A DNA stretch of 63,731 nucleotides, filler included, from Folioceros fuciformis (lineage: Eukaryota): assembly GCA_049999805.1 (NCBI GenBank). It is 6 parts of 6 records of this genome, joined end to end, with 100 filler letters (N's around TTAATTAATTAA, not from the genome) between each part and the next. Parts side by side here need not be neighbours in the genome. Positions count along the whole stretch, not along the records: positions 62,082 to 63,731 come from JBNGIO010004627.1; 5 more parts are not named here. The stretch is one strand, 5' to 3'. Position numbers and translations under genes: made by a program. Position 1 is the first letter of the stretch, and each line of letters starts with the position of its first letter. Shown piece after piece: positions 63,481-63,731 of the stretch. The notes beneath the pieces were generated by a model. The model ran no database searches. It had not been told where the DNA came from and was given only the letters and a program-made list of their open reading frames with translations.

Positions 63481-63731
63481 AAAAACTTTCGGAAACCCCA
63501 TTTTGAGCGACGGAATGAGCAGGTTGTGATTTTTTTTGTGTAAGGACAAGCGAATCGGCTTAGTAGGTAAATAAGACCAGGGCGTTTATGCCCAAAGTCC
63601 CTCTTGGGCTTTGGGGTTTGGGGTGTACTGAAGACCAGGACAAGGAGGAGGGATGAGCGAGTGCCTCCTTGCCTCTCGGGTCATTGAGAACATTAAGGAC
63701 CAGGTCTGTAGGTAGGTGAGTGGGGTATGAC

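Overview
This is eukaryotic plant nuclear DNA, not prokaryotic. It consists of at least six separate contigs joined by artificial N44-TTAATTAATTAA-N44 linkers, so adjacency across linkers means nothing. High gene density, short GT-AG introns and two intronless PLS-class PPR proteins with DYW:KP domains ending in GRP point to a hornwort (Anthoceros-like) genome; this is an inference. Genes: two PPR-DYW:KP candidate U-to-C RNA editing factors, a TAF12-like gene, a GPP-like HAD phosphatase, a 4-exon secreted PAR1-family gene only fragmentarily visible in the ORF track, a CTP synthase (5' end lost in a gap) with a very long ENGH-repeat C-terminal tail, GET3a/ASNA1, plastid D-3-phosphoglycerate dehydrogenase, and a partial F-box/kelch-like gene. 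Mobile DNA: a decayed Ty3/Gypsy element carrying a nested solo LTR, a full-length decayed Ty1/Copia element with both LTRs, a second solo LTR, further relics and satellites. The most notable observation is that both editing factors carry one or two N-terminal copies of the PDF motif of plant organellar single-stranded DNA-binding (OSB) proteins. This suggests a PDF-PPR-DYW:KP fusion family that could tether U-to-C editing enzymes to organellar nucleoids or single-stranded nucleic acid.
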